From Octopus bimaculoides (Eukaryota): DNA of 38,701 bases. The position numbers and the translations under genes were made by a program. Of the stretch, positions 1 to 11,709 are shown in pieces (within the stretch, counting starts at the first letter, position 1; each line of letters begins with the position of its first letter). A model generated the notes under the pieces. The model saw only the letters and a program-made list of their open reading frames with translations, had not been told where the DNA came from and searched no databases. Location: NCBI RefSeq assembly GCF_001194135.2, contig NC_068981.1, positions 3,853,680 to 3,892,380 on the forward strand, written 5' to 3'.

Positions 1-964
1 ATTTATGATGATAAATAGTTTTACCGATAAAGGTTTTTTTCATACTGAACTACTTGGCAAAATTGTTAATTATTAATTCTATTATTAATTGATGATTCCC
101 TGCCCTTATTCTTGTATATATATATATATATATATATATGATGGGCTTCTTTCAGTTTCTGTCTACCAAATCTACTCACAAGGCTTTGGTTGGCCCAAGA
201 CTACAGTAGAAGACACTTGCCCAAGGTGCCATGCAGTGGGACTGAACCCAGAACTATGTGGTTGGGAAACAAGCTACTTACCATACAGATATAAGAGTTA
301 GAACTTGTGATCCACCCAAGAACCTTTTACTGTGGAAATTTTTGCCCACTGCACTAAAAAGTTTCCCCACCCCTGATGTAGTTAGTTGAAGGGGGGAACC
401 ATTTAGACAATTGTGCTGATACACCCACACTGAAATGATGGCTTAATTTCAATAAAATTTACACTGAAAACTTGATATGTGATTAGTGTCTTTATTTACA
501 GAGAAATGTACAAGTTTATTGGCGGAAAGATTATTATGCAGGTAGTTATATACGAGATTTTAACAGAGTATATTCATTCATCCGTTCAACTAATCAGTTG
601 TAAATCTGAACAAAGTTAGACATCGTTAAGTTTTCAGTCTTGGCCGTGGAATCAGTTGGCTTTATATTGGAAATCTCTGCCAGTAGCACAAACAGTCTCA
701 CACAATTACACAAAGTCACACACAGGCACACACCAATGGAGCTAGAATTTATGGTGGTTTGTTATTTGTTTTCAGAAGGAAAAACAGCAACTTTTGTTTA
801 GCAGCAGCAGCTGCAACACCAGTAGTAGTGGTGGTGGTGGTGGTGGTGGTGGTAGCAGCAGAAGCAGTAGTAGTAGTAATAAAAGAAAGAGAAAATAAGA
901 CTGAAGGTAGTAGATGGAACAGCAAAAGGGAGGAGGAGGAGGAAGAGAAGAAGGAGAAGAGTTT

Positions 965-2310
965 CTTTTATTTGCCACAGGGACATCATGAGGGTTACAT
1001 TACAAAGACAAGTTACTATTCGTAGACAGCAGACATTTTGTGGATGCCATCAGGAGCAAATGCCATCCACAACAAACCAGATTTATGCCGAATTGATCTA
1101 CCATCAACCATCTTTTTTGCTCTTAATGTCATCATTGAAAGATCTTGGGAGTTCTGCAAAGATGGCCACCTCTACACTGCCTTTGTCAACCTCAAGGTGT
1201 CTTTTGACATGGATGACCATGCATCCTTCTGGAAAATTTTCAAGCTCATCAGCGTGCCTCCCAAGATTATTGCTTTCTTCCAATGGCTCTATAGCAGTGC
1301 TGAGTGCTGTGTGCAGGTGAATGGGAAGGGCTCTAACTGGTTCCCTATCAACAGTGAGGTCAGGCTGGGCTGCATGGCCACCCCTGACCTCTTCTGCTGT
1401 GTCATCAATTATCTGATGACTAAGGTTTGTGAGCAAGTCTCTGATGTTACCTTCAGGAACTAAATCGTTACCAACAGATGATACCATCCTATTCAGCAAC
1501 TTGATTGACCAGCTCAGGGACACACTGACCATTTACAGAGAAGAATCAGCAAAGCTTAGCTTCTCGGTGGGTTGGGTGGAGATGAAGCTGATGCATGTCT
1601 GAGATGGCCCGGGCCCTGCGCACTTCATACGGACCCTGATGTCATGGAGTTTTTCAGCTCCTTCAACTACCTAGACTCTACAGTCACCAACAATGGAGAC
1701 CTGACCCCAGAAATCAACTGCAGATGCAGTTGACCACTGGGGTCATGTACTCCCCATAGAAGCCCCTTTGGTGCCATTGCTCTATCTCCTGGAAGATGAA
1801 GCTTTACATCTACAATGCATCGACCTTCTCCATTCTCTTTCATGGAGCAGAAACATGGTTCCTGGCAAAGAGGATCGACAGCTTTGATAGCAGAGCCCTG
1901 AGAACCCTTAAGAACATCAGATCATACTATCATGTTTCAAACAAAGAACTGCATGCATGCACACATCAACCTGCAGCCTCCCACCTCATGGCTATCTGTC
2001 TCGCATGTATTGGTACAGACATGTCCTCTGTCTCTTGCTAGATCATCCTACCAGGACTTCACTCACGTTCAACACTGCAGCTGCAGGCTGGAAGAGGCCT
2101 TGTGGCAAGCCCCACACCAAATGGTTGTACACGATTGGGGAAGATCTCCAGAGGCTCAGCATTACCTTGAAGGATGCAAGAAGGGCTGGCACAGGACTGC
2201 CAGCAATGAAGAACACTGGTGCTCCTGGTCGGCTCTATTCATGTTGATGTCTCTGAGATCACTAAGCTGGAATGACCCAAGCAAGAGCAAGAAGCAGCAG
2301 CAGTAGCAGA
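965..2310 (+). mobile_element. 5'-truncated, degenerate RTE-clade LINE (reverse transcriptase remnant)
   Basis: Frameshifted RT segments: HLFALNVIIERSWEF, LYTAFVNLKVSFD, EVRLGCMATPDLFCCVI, KLYIYNASTFSILFHGAETW, GWKRPCGKPHTKW. Short-repeat (gcaa/cag) tail. Confidence 0.88.
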
Positions 2311-2312
2311 CA

Positions 2313-3200
2313 AGGTAATGTGCAGGACATACTCTAAACAAATGTAGGATTCAGAAGTGATCCAAAGAAAGACACTTGTTTCTGTTACTTGACTGACAGC
2401 AGAAATGAAAGGTTTGATAACTGCAGCACAAAATCACTGACATCATTGTCTCACAATCAGATCTTATCACTGTCAAATTATCATAGATGGAACAGATCTA
2501 AAATGCAGGATCTGTGGAATATATGAAGAAACCATCAATCACATTGTCTCTGAAGGCCTTGAAGGAGCAAAGACTGAATACATCCACAAGTATAACCAAG
2601 CAGTGGTAAACCTGTTTTGGTAACTGTGAAGGACTTATAAAATAAATTTTAAAATCTGGCATTCCATCAGATTGGATTATTCTAGTTGATCCAATCAATG
2701 GAAAGGCCTGCTTGTGAAACGAATGTGCAGGTGGCTGAGTACTCCAGACATGTATACCCTTAGTGTAGTTCTCAGGGAGATTCAGCACAACACAGAATGT
2801 GACAAGGCTGGCCCTTTCAATTTCAAAAACCCACTTTTGCTGACTGAGTGGGCTGGAGTAACGTGAAATAATGTGTCTTGCTCAAGGACAAAATGTGTGA
2901 CCAACAATCAAACTCATGACCTTACGATGGTGAGCCAAATACCCTGAGCAGGAGTTATAAAATCAAGACAACTGACCAGTAGTATGAACACCAGCCAGAC
3001 ATGGTCACTGACAACAATGCTGTCACCATCCTCTGGGACATGTCCTTCCACACTGACAGAGAGATAAAAGCCAAGAAACCTGACATTGTTATCAAGGATG
3101 AGAAGGGCAGGAGGTGTATCCCTATCAACATTGCAATACCTTCAAAAAGAACAACACCTCTATGAAAGATGATCGTGGCAATGGTTGAAAATTTTGGCAC
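2313..3200 (+). mobile_element. Degenerate R4/Dong-type (restriction-like endonuclease) LINE, split by a SINE
   Basis: Zinc knuckle CRICGIYEETINHIVS, then ILWDMSFHTDREIKAKKPDIVIKD (RLE PD motif). Stops and frameshifts present. Confidence 0.82.
2644..2949 (-). mobile_element. tRNA-derived CORE-like SINE inserted in the R4-type LINE
   Basis: Homologous to 29385-29714. Flanked by a 13/14 direct repeat aggacttataaaat (2630-2643) / aggagttataaaat (2950-2963), consistent with a TSD. Confidence 0.75.
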
Positions 3201-3379
3201 AGGGCCAGCAGTTTTTGAGGGGAGGAGATAGTCAATAACATCATCCCCCCACCCCTCCCCCAGTATTTGACTGGTACTTACTTACTTTATTGACCCTGAA
3301 AGGAGGAAAAGCAAAGTCAGTCTCACAAGAATTTGAACTCAGAATGTTTTAAGCCAGAAACAAAATGCTACCAATTCAT

Positions 3380-3535
3380 CCAGCTTGCTGCTACTACAAC
3401 TGTTACTGCTGCTGCTGCTACTACTACAACTTCTACTGCTGCTACTACTACAACTACTACGACTGCTGCTATTACTACAACTGCTGCTGCCTCTACAGCT
3501 GTTACTGCTGCCGCTGCTGCTACTGCTTCTTTTCA
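3380..3535. repeat. (CTG/CTA)n low-complexity repeat; many further (TA)n, (CA)n, (GA)n, (CAT)n tracts throughout
   Basis: Direct inspection; other examples at 790-960, 3830-4100, 4985-5120, 6105-6175, 21160-21290. Confidence 0.95.
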
Positions 3536-3768
3536 TTTCAAAACATGGAGTCCAGCCAAGAAGCGGGAGGGCTGCATGCTTGATCACTGTGCCCGAAATT
3601 CCAGCCATATCTCTCCCATGTCGCACCTATCTTCAAACAGGTGTTACACACGTGATGTTGTACTCTTGGAAACACTGAATAAAAGGGCAGGATGGTCACA
3701 TCTGGAATGTCTCTGATGAGAGGTTAGCTTGACCAGACGTTGATTTTGACGCAGGAGAAAGGCACATA

Positions 3769-3799
3769 TGACGTCAATACTCTGAAGAAACTGACGTCA
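3769..3799. promoter_or_regulatory. Pair of perfect CRE palindromes
   Basis: TGACGTCA at 3769-3776 and 3792-3799, plus a TGACG half-site at about 3747. Confidence 0.3.
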
Positions 3800-4987
3800 C
3801 CTTCAGTAAATGTGTGTACGGGTGTGTGTGTGATGTTTTGTATATGTGTATGTGTATGTTATGTGTATGTGTGTGTGCCCTGTGTGTGTGTTTTGTGTGT
3901 GTGTAATGTAGTTTTGTGTGTATGTGTGTGGAGTGTATGTATGTGTGTGTTTTATGCGTGTGTAATGTAGTTCTGTGTGTATGTGTTGTCTTGTGTGTGT
4001 GTGTGTACATATGTATGATGTGTATGCATGTGTGCTCTGTGCATGTATGTGTTGTGTGTGTGTGTGTGTGTGTGAAAGAGAGAGAGAGAGAGAGAGAGCC
4101 AGTTGTCTGTTTCTGTTTTCTGAATAAACATTGACGTTTCCAGTTGTTTACAATCTGATGAGACAACCAGCTTTTGTTCACCCACTTGGGCTGTTTCATG
4201 CTCACACAATCGCATGCACCCATACACACGCATACACACAAATACACATACACGTATACATATATATGTATGTGTGTATACCTGTATATGAAATTTACAT
4301 ACAGCTGTACATGAGTATAAATGTATGTAAGTATGTGTATAATACATATGGTTCTCAAAGCCATTCACCTGAAGATGTGTGAGTACACAGCTTTTGCTGG
4401 GTCGTATTTATGTAATATTTATATAATAAACATGTAAAATATGTGAAATCCTCAGCAGCTGACAGCTGGTGTTTATCCACAGAAACAGTTGTAGTGACTT
4501 GGATAAAAGCCGGTTCATTCCATTTTCTTGTATTATGAATTTTTTGTACACTAATGGATTTCCACGTGGATTGGATTGGATCTGTAGTCTTTGAATTAGT
4601 TTTCTCCTTCTGGTTGAGAAATGTATGTGTGTGTGTGTGTGTGTACGTGTATGTACGTACGTACGTAGAGACGGATGGATGGATGGATGTATGTATGACG
4701 GTTTGACTGAGGTCTGGAGAGCAAGCGGCTGCACCAGGCTCCAATCTGATCTGGTAAGGTTTCTACAGCTGGATGCCCTTCCTAATGCCAACCACTCTGA
4801 GAGTGTAGTGGGTGTTTTTTACATACCACTGTCACAGGATCCACTCAGGTGGGCCTGGTATCAATCATGTTCAGATAGTGCTTTTTACGTGCCACTGGCA
4901 CAGGAGCCAGTTGGGGGCACTGGCATTGGCCACGTTTAGATGGTGCTTCTTACGTGCCACTGACATGGGTAAATATATATATGTATG

Positions 4988-5062
<75 letters not shown>

Positions 5063-5344
5063 GTGTGTGTTTATATATTATCATTATCATTATCATCATC
5101 ATCATCATCATCATCATCATTTAACATCCATTGCCCATGCTGGCATGGGTTGGATGGTTTGACCAGGGCTGGTAGCCTCAGGGGCTGCACCTGGCTCCAA
5201 TCCAATCTGGCAGTGTTTCTACTGCTGGATGCCCTTCCTAATGCCAACCACTCTGAGAATGTAATGGGTGCTTTTACATGCCACCAGCACAGGTTATATA
5301 TTATAAATATATAGATATGTATATGTGTGTGTATGTGTGTGTGG

Positions 5345-5945
5345 GGAGGGGTTATATATAGCGAGATGTGGGGCTTGAATGCAGAGAACATGCAAAAACT
5401 AGAGAGGAATGAAGCTAGTGTGCTCTGCTGGATGTGCAATGTCGGTGTACATGTGCAACAGAGTGCTAGTTTATTGGGAGAAAAGTTAATAATAAGAGGA
5501 ATTAGATGCAGTGTACCAGACTGTACTGGTTTGGTCAAGTGATGCATATGGATGTATACGGTTGCATGCAGAAGTGCCAACCACTTTATGAGTATAGAAG
5601 AGGGAGACCCAGGAAGACATGTGATGAAATACTGATGGTGGATCTCAAGAAACTGAGCCTTATAAAAGAGATGACAGAAGATTGAGATCTGGCACCTTGC
5701 TGTACTCAAGAAGACCTGTCCACCATAACAGAATTTACACTGGTTTTGGTGCCAAGTGAAAAGCATTGGTGCTGGTGTCATGTTAAAAGTACCCAGTACT
5801 CCCTCCCTGTAAAGTGGTTGGCATTAGGAAGGGTGTCTCGATGTAGAAACTGTGCCAGAACAATCCAACTCATTCCAGCATGGAAAAGAGACATTAAATG
5901 ATTATGATAACGATGGTGATGGTGGTAGTGGTTTGTTGATGTTGA
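5345..5945 (+). mobile_element. RTE LINE 3' fragment running into the (GAT)n-tailed repeat
   Basis: YSEMWGLNAENMQKLERNEASVLCWMCNV and RRGRPRKT-like remnants, then ttaggaagg...gcatggaaaa..(gat)n. Confidence 0.8.
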
Positions 5946-6106
5946 TGATATATATGTATATGTGTATGTATATTATGTATGTATATGTATGTGTGTGTGT
6001 ATGTATATATATACACACATGTATGAATATGTATGTGTTTGTATGTGTATGAGGTCTTCATGTATGTACAAATTTTGAAGATTGTAGATTGATAGATAGA
6101 TTGAAC

Positions 6107-6173
<67 letters not shown>

Positions 6174-6509
6174 CTGATGCATATTAAAGGAATATCCTTA
6201 GGCAGATATATTGTTTTCACGAAGTGTATATATATATATAATGTTACATTAGTGAGGGTATATGTTAAGATTGTTTCTGCTTCAATATACTTTAGCATTT
6301 GTGTGATAACAAACTGTTGTTGCACCTGAATCTACGAAAATAGATATCGAATATCTGAAAATGAATGTAACATTATAAATTGTTGTATTGAAGATGGAGA
6401 AATTTAGAGAAAAAGTATTTGTTTCCTGGTAGAGTTGCTTTGTGAAAGCATCATTACAAATAGCTTAAGTGTTTTCCAATGACTAAAGAATTATTATTAT
6501 TATTATTAA

Positions 6510-6540
<31 letters not shown>

Positions 6541-6545
6541 TATTG

Positions 6546-6855
6546 TCCTTGCACAGCTTCTAATGCTGGAGATGTACCATGGTGCCAGCTGTTCACTACC
6601 AGTGAACTAAAGTAACACCCCTTATTTTTCAAGCACTTTCCAGAGTATCCGAGCGGTTCCAAGCAGTGCTGTTTTCTGCAAGTGCTCCACCCTTATTGCA
6701 GCCCCTATTTGTTCCATGTACTTCTCGAGATTTTTACTCACTGTTCCCAGGAATCCGACAATTGTAGGTACTACTACCACCTTTTTCAACGACCACAACT
6801 GCTTAACCTCCTAAGCCAACCTGTCATATCTATCGACTTTTCTTTCTTCCTCATC
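6546..6855 (-). mobile_element. 3' end of an R4/Dong-type LINE embedded in (TAA)n
   Basis: Translates as EERKVDRYDRLA*EVKQLWSLKKVVVVPTIVGFLGTVSKNLEKY...LQKTALLGTARILWKVLEK*. (TAT)n tracts on both sides (about 6490-6545 and 6862-6918). Confidence 0.8.
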
Positions 6856-6861
6856 ACATAC

Positions 6862-6916
<55 letters not shown>

Positions 6917-7255
6917 GTTATCATCAGACCTACTGAATTTCAATGAAAATACAAAAGTGATGTTCAGATTGTGTAATGGCGTCAGAAGAATTCTTGCTAA
7001 ACATGGCTGGTACATCAATTAGTATGTTATGAGAGGCAAATGTTACCGTGCATCTTCGATAGAGTGTGGTGACTGATGAACTTGTTTAAATAACAGTATG
7101 GTTCTCAAACTTCTACATTATACTTGGAGAGATAAATATCAGAGAGTTAAGATATCATTTGGTATTTACGTGTTTTGTTTCCTATGTTTTTGCTGTGTTT
7201 TTGTGTACAATCGCAAGAACATTGTGTTTTATTCTGTGTATTATGTATGTACATA

Positions 7256-7624
7256 GGCGCAGGAGTGGCTGTGTGGTAAGTAGCTTGCTTACCAACCATA
7301 TGGTTCCGGGTTCAGTCCCACTGCCTGGCACCTTGGGCAAGTGTCTTCTACTATAGCCTCGGGCCGACCAAAGCCTTGTGAGTGGATTTGGTAGACGGAA
7401 ACTGAAAGAAGCCCATCGTATATGTGTGTGTGTGTTTGTCCCCCCACCATTGCTTGACAACTGATGCTGGTGTGTTTACGTCCCCGTAACTTAGCGGTTC
7501 GGCAAAACAGACCAATAGTATAAGTACTAGGCTTACAAAGAATAAGTCCTGGGGGCAATTTGCTCGACTAAAGGTGGTGCTCCAGCATGGCCGCAGTCAA
7601 ATGATTGAACCAAGTAAAAGAGTA
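7256..7624 (+). mobile_element. Full-length tRNA-derived SINE (family A)
   Basis: A box TGGCTGTGTGG (7266-7276), B box GGTTCAGTCC (7309-7318), central (TG)n, taaaagag tail. Partial copies at about 138-288(-), 7765-8090(-), 12320-12513(+), 15062-15270(-), 15740-15870(-), 16700-16870(-), 16990-17120(+), 20995-21150(+), 27255-27402(+), 28790-28990(-), 32830-33035(+), 34995-35305. Confidence 0.88.
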
Positions 7625-8984
7625 CTTCTTAGCTTTCACTGCTGTATTTCTTTATTTGACTTATGCGTCTCCTTTCCACCTTTTCTGACAAGCTGTAGTA
7701 CCCCTAAGTACCCCTAAGACAAGTACCCCTCAGCACTATATACAAGAAGCTCATTATTATCTCTTATCTTTTCCTTGTTTCAGTCATTAGACTATAGCCA
7801 TGCTGGAGCATCACCTTGAAGAATCTTTTTAGTCAAAAAAATCAAACCCAGTACATTTTGCTTTTCTAAGCCCGGTGCTTATTCAATTGGTCTTTATTTT
7901 GCAAAACTGTTAAGTCAAGGGGACATAACCAAACCAACACCAGTTGTCAAACGGTGGTGTGGGACAAACACACACACATATATGACAGGCTTCTTTCAGT
8001 TTCCATCTACCAAATCCACTCACAAGGCTTTGGTCAGCCCGAGGCTATAGTAGAAGACACTTGCTCAAGGTGCCACACAGTAAGACTGGGGTGGGGGAAG
8101 GTTTTCAATTTAGTTGTATTTAGCACAATTTCACTTACTTATGATGAGATTTTATTAAATTTTCATCAAATAAAAATAATTTCTGTTTAACAGGTATCAC
8201 ATTGAAAGCTATTAAATTACAAAGTGTTTGTGTTGTTTATAATAAACTTTATTTTACATTTCTTGCTCACAAGAGATTATCTCTGATTTTATACTATGTC
8301 TTCTCAAATCACAATCACAGGAAAAGTTGTTGATAAGAATTACCAACAAAATCAAAGCTGATAAATACACACAGGTGTTGCAAATTAAGTTTAATTACCA
8401 ATAAACATCTGCTTGGATGACACTTTACTCAACCAACAGAGGTAAGTGACCGATCAAATTGATTATGTAAACAAAATTCTTTTCCACCTATTCTTGTCGG
8501 AACCTTTGATACGGAATATCGAAATTTTAATCCCTTTCACACTTTTAAAATGTATCGTTATTGTTATTGTCAGTAAGGGCAGAACTTATGAATTATTTAC
8601 TGTGAAGGAGAATTTAAATATGTTGAATATGTAGAAACTCTGCTAGATCAGATTGGAGCTTGTGTTAGCCATCTGGTTCGCCAGTCCTCAGTCAAATCGT
8701 CCAACCCATGCTAGCATGGAAAGCAGACGTTAAATGATGATGATGATGATGTATTTGAATGTGGCAATAGAGCTGCTGGAAGGTATCTTAATGGTAATGA
8801 AGCCAATGTTCAAAATTAGCATAAGCCGTACAACAAACTTAAAACTGTGCCTACTAAATAGACAGACAAAAATAAAAATATACAATCAAAATTATCCATA
8901 TCATTACATTTTTTTGAGTCAGGAATATCCATATCACTATGTATGTCAGTGGTGCTCCTTTGTGATAGGTAGAAACTCCAAGCA

Positions 8985-9550
8985 ATGTAAAATATGGATA
9001 GGACATGAAACTGTTTTTTCCCATGAGAGTTCCGGATCACAGTTATGACCTCATTTGCATACAGCCAATCAGAGCTCAACTATCAAACTAATTTATGAGA
9101 ACATAACAAGTGATGGGAGATAAGGTAAGATCACTTGGATAAGGAATGACCATTGCTTCTTTTCTCTTTTAAGAATGCTTGTTGTTCTTGTTCTTGTTCC
9201 AACCATGGCTACCTTTGCCTCTGTGTTGTTGTTTACTTTGTAAAACAGTAAGGGGAGAGGGTTGCCAGCACATCACCCTCTACCCACATCTTTACCATAT
9301 GGGGCCCTAACAAAATCCAATAATAGGTATCGATGCAAATCTATTTAATTACTTGCCTCCTTCTAAAATCAGGCATAACTTGATGATCAGTCAACGTACA
9401 AAACCGTTCATCTTGAGTTTACTTGGTAGAATGTTTGTTAACTTGACATGGTCAAGGTGAGCTCTGATTGGCTGTATGCAAATGAGGTCATTACTGGGGT
9501 CCAGGACTCTCGTGGGAAAAAAATTTTTCGTGGCCTGGACCATTTTTACC
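8985..9550. mobile_element. Foldback / MITE-like element with long imperfect TIRs
   Basis: Perfect 34-bp inverted repeat 9045-9078 / 9458-9491, extending outward with mismatches to about 8989 and about 9545. Confidence 0.7.
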
Positions 9551-10162
9551 TGCATGAATGTCAGACTTTAAAACGTAATTAGCCATTTAATGATTTTAGT
9601 AAATTTATGCAGAAAAAGTAAGCATTATACCGTCCAGCATAAATAAAAATCAACTTCATTATATTTAAGCCATTATTTCTTCTGTAAAAACCTATTTTGA
9701 CATTAAATGAGTCAACTTCCAGTACGAATGTTTACATTTTGTACATTTTTTTTCAACAAAAAAAATTTTTTAACAAATTCTGAAAACGATCTACTCATGT
9801 AATTTACGCACCCACTAGAGTTTATTTTTATTTTTGCAAAAAAAAAGGTGCGTAAATTACATGGGTTTTTATGGTAAATACCACACAGCCATGCCTGTGG
9901 ATATGGTGAGTTACAACAAAGGAAGGGTTTCAATGAGAGATATGAGAAAGGGAAGGGCATCGCTGGCAGTTCAGGGGAAATATGTGTCTTTCGCAAAACT
10001 CTTCCAAAACAGTAAATCTTGGTAGCTTTATTCTTGTGGTCCAAAAAACATCTTGGGGAAATATTTTGGTCATCTCTTGACATGTCTATTCAAAATATTT
10101 TGGAATATAAAATGGTAGCATCTGAAAAAAGTCTGCATTTTTGCAATTAACTGCTCACTATA

Positions 10163-10398
10163 CAAGATGGCCCAAAAGTAGGTTTACAGTTATCACGTAG
10201 GCACTTTAAATTTCTTTTAAAACGTTTTATTACATTTAAATTTCCATCTTACAAACTGAAAAGGAAGCTTGACAAAATTAACTAAATTAGAATAGAATAA
10301 TGGTTTCATGTTCTTTTTTTTTTATAATTTAAGATCTAAACTGTTAATATATGAATGTGAAAGAGACAGTTGGATAAGCCTACTTTTGGGCCACCCTG
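10163..10398. mobile_element. Tc1/mariner-type MITE
   Basis: TA target duplication (10161-10162, 10399-10400). 20-bp TIR caagatggcccaaaagtagg / cctacttttgggccaccctg (18/20). Confidence 0.85.
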
Positions 10399-10457
10399 TA
10401 CATCTGAAAATTGAACTCCCAAGAGCAAATTATAAGACAGTCAACCATGTAAAACAG

Positions 10458-11044
10458 TTAATCCTTTAGCGTTATTTTGTCAAATTAATGCTTATTTATT
10501 CACACTGTTTTAAATTAATCAGACATTATCTCGTAGCTATTAAATTTTGATGAGGTAACTATTAATTTTTAGAAAGATATTGTAGGATTGGTGTGAGAGA
10601 CCAAATCTGACCTATTTGAACATAAAACAAGTAGAATATTTTGACTGGATATGGGTGGTTTAACTGCTAAAGGGTTAAATCCTTTTGCTATCAACTTGAG
10701 ACACCCCTGGTTCTATGTTACAAACTTTTTGTTTCTAAGTGATTTAAACAAAAACTTTCCGTCAAAATTTCATGTTAATTTCTGTTCCAAACACCAGATT
10801 AATAATGATGAATTTTTTTAACAAAATTCTTCAATTCTCTTAAAATTAACTGAATTAAAATATGGTGCCAAAAGGGTTAAAGTGATCTAAATTAAAACTT
10901 TCCAGAAAAATTTCTTGTTAATTTATATTCCAAACACCAGCTGAATAATGACAAAGGTATTTTACAAAATTCTTTATTACTTTTAAAACTAAGTGAGGCA
11001 AAAAACAGTTTATTTCAACAGAAATGTGGCAACAAAAGAGTTAA
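10458..11044. mobile_element. Train of three piggyBac-type MITE units joined at TTAA
   Basis: TTAA at 10458, 10675, 10877 and 11041. Termini tcctttagc/gctaaaggg, atccttttg/caaaaggg, and a 3'-half copy ending caaaagag. Confidence 0.75.
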
Positions 11045-11609
11045 ATCTTCTGTGAGTGTTTCTGCTATTGTCTCAACTGCATTACTATAGAATGTAAATA
11101 TTTTAATACAAGCTGTGAAAAATAACAATTGAATTCTATAATAACTCATAAAATCAACAGAACTGTTGACAATCCTGTTCTTAATAACATATTACTCTGA
11201 TTACAGACACAAAACCAATATCATTATGTGTTATATAGTGTACTTAGCGTTTATAGCATATTAATAGACTTAAAATATATTTGATATTGCTGTCATGTAA
11301 AATGTCTCTTATCTATGTCAACAGAAGATTCGTGTTACATTCGGCAGATCAAGTTAGTTGATGGCTACAGTTCTGTGTAAAACATTAACAGTCTGTTGTC
11401 TAATATTAGTGATAACAGTCTTGTATAATTATAAACCGGAGGAATCAGGAGAGACAGCTGTAATTAAGAATGTAAGAAGAACTTTGCAAATCTATGAGCT
11501 GTCTGGAATCATCCAAGTCTTTTATGATGTCTTTCAGGTTTTGATGCTTATAACTCAGCTTATTCTCATCCAACTCATCAAGAATGGAATGTCTTATTAA
11601 GGATAATCC

Positions 11610-11670
<61 letters not shown>

Positions 11671-11680
11671 ATCAACTTAC

Positions 11681-11709
11681 CTCATTCCTGCAAATTTCAG
11701 ACCTTGTGC
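11681..11709 (-). other. Orphan 29-nt micro-exon candidate, gene unidentified
   Basis: Minus strand reads ctaat (branch point, 11727-11731), tactctttctaccacag | GCACAAGGTCTGAAATTTGCAGGAATGAG | gtaagt. Open in two frames (AQGLKFAGM; TRSEICRNE) and contains an ATG near the donor. Confidence 0.45.

Noticed and set aside
501-540. Possible 40-nt plus-strand exon (EMYKFIGGKIIMQ or RNVQVYWRKDYYA)
   Set aside because: Weak donor (gtagtt) and no recognisable homology.
4362-4410. CTGAAGA-TGTGT(GAGT)ACACA-G
   Set aside because: Lacks GAAA and a stem I partner; at best a decayed hammerhead. Weaker relics near 15470-15500, 15600-15640 and 33170-33215 were also not accepted.
11358-11675. Protein-like ORFs on both strands (LDELDENKLSYKHQNLKDIIKDLDDSRQLIDLQSS; MMATVLCK...)
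   Set aside because: No convincing splice pair or recognisable domain; only a vague resemblance to hAT transposase.
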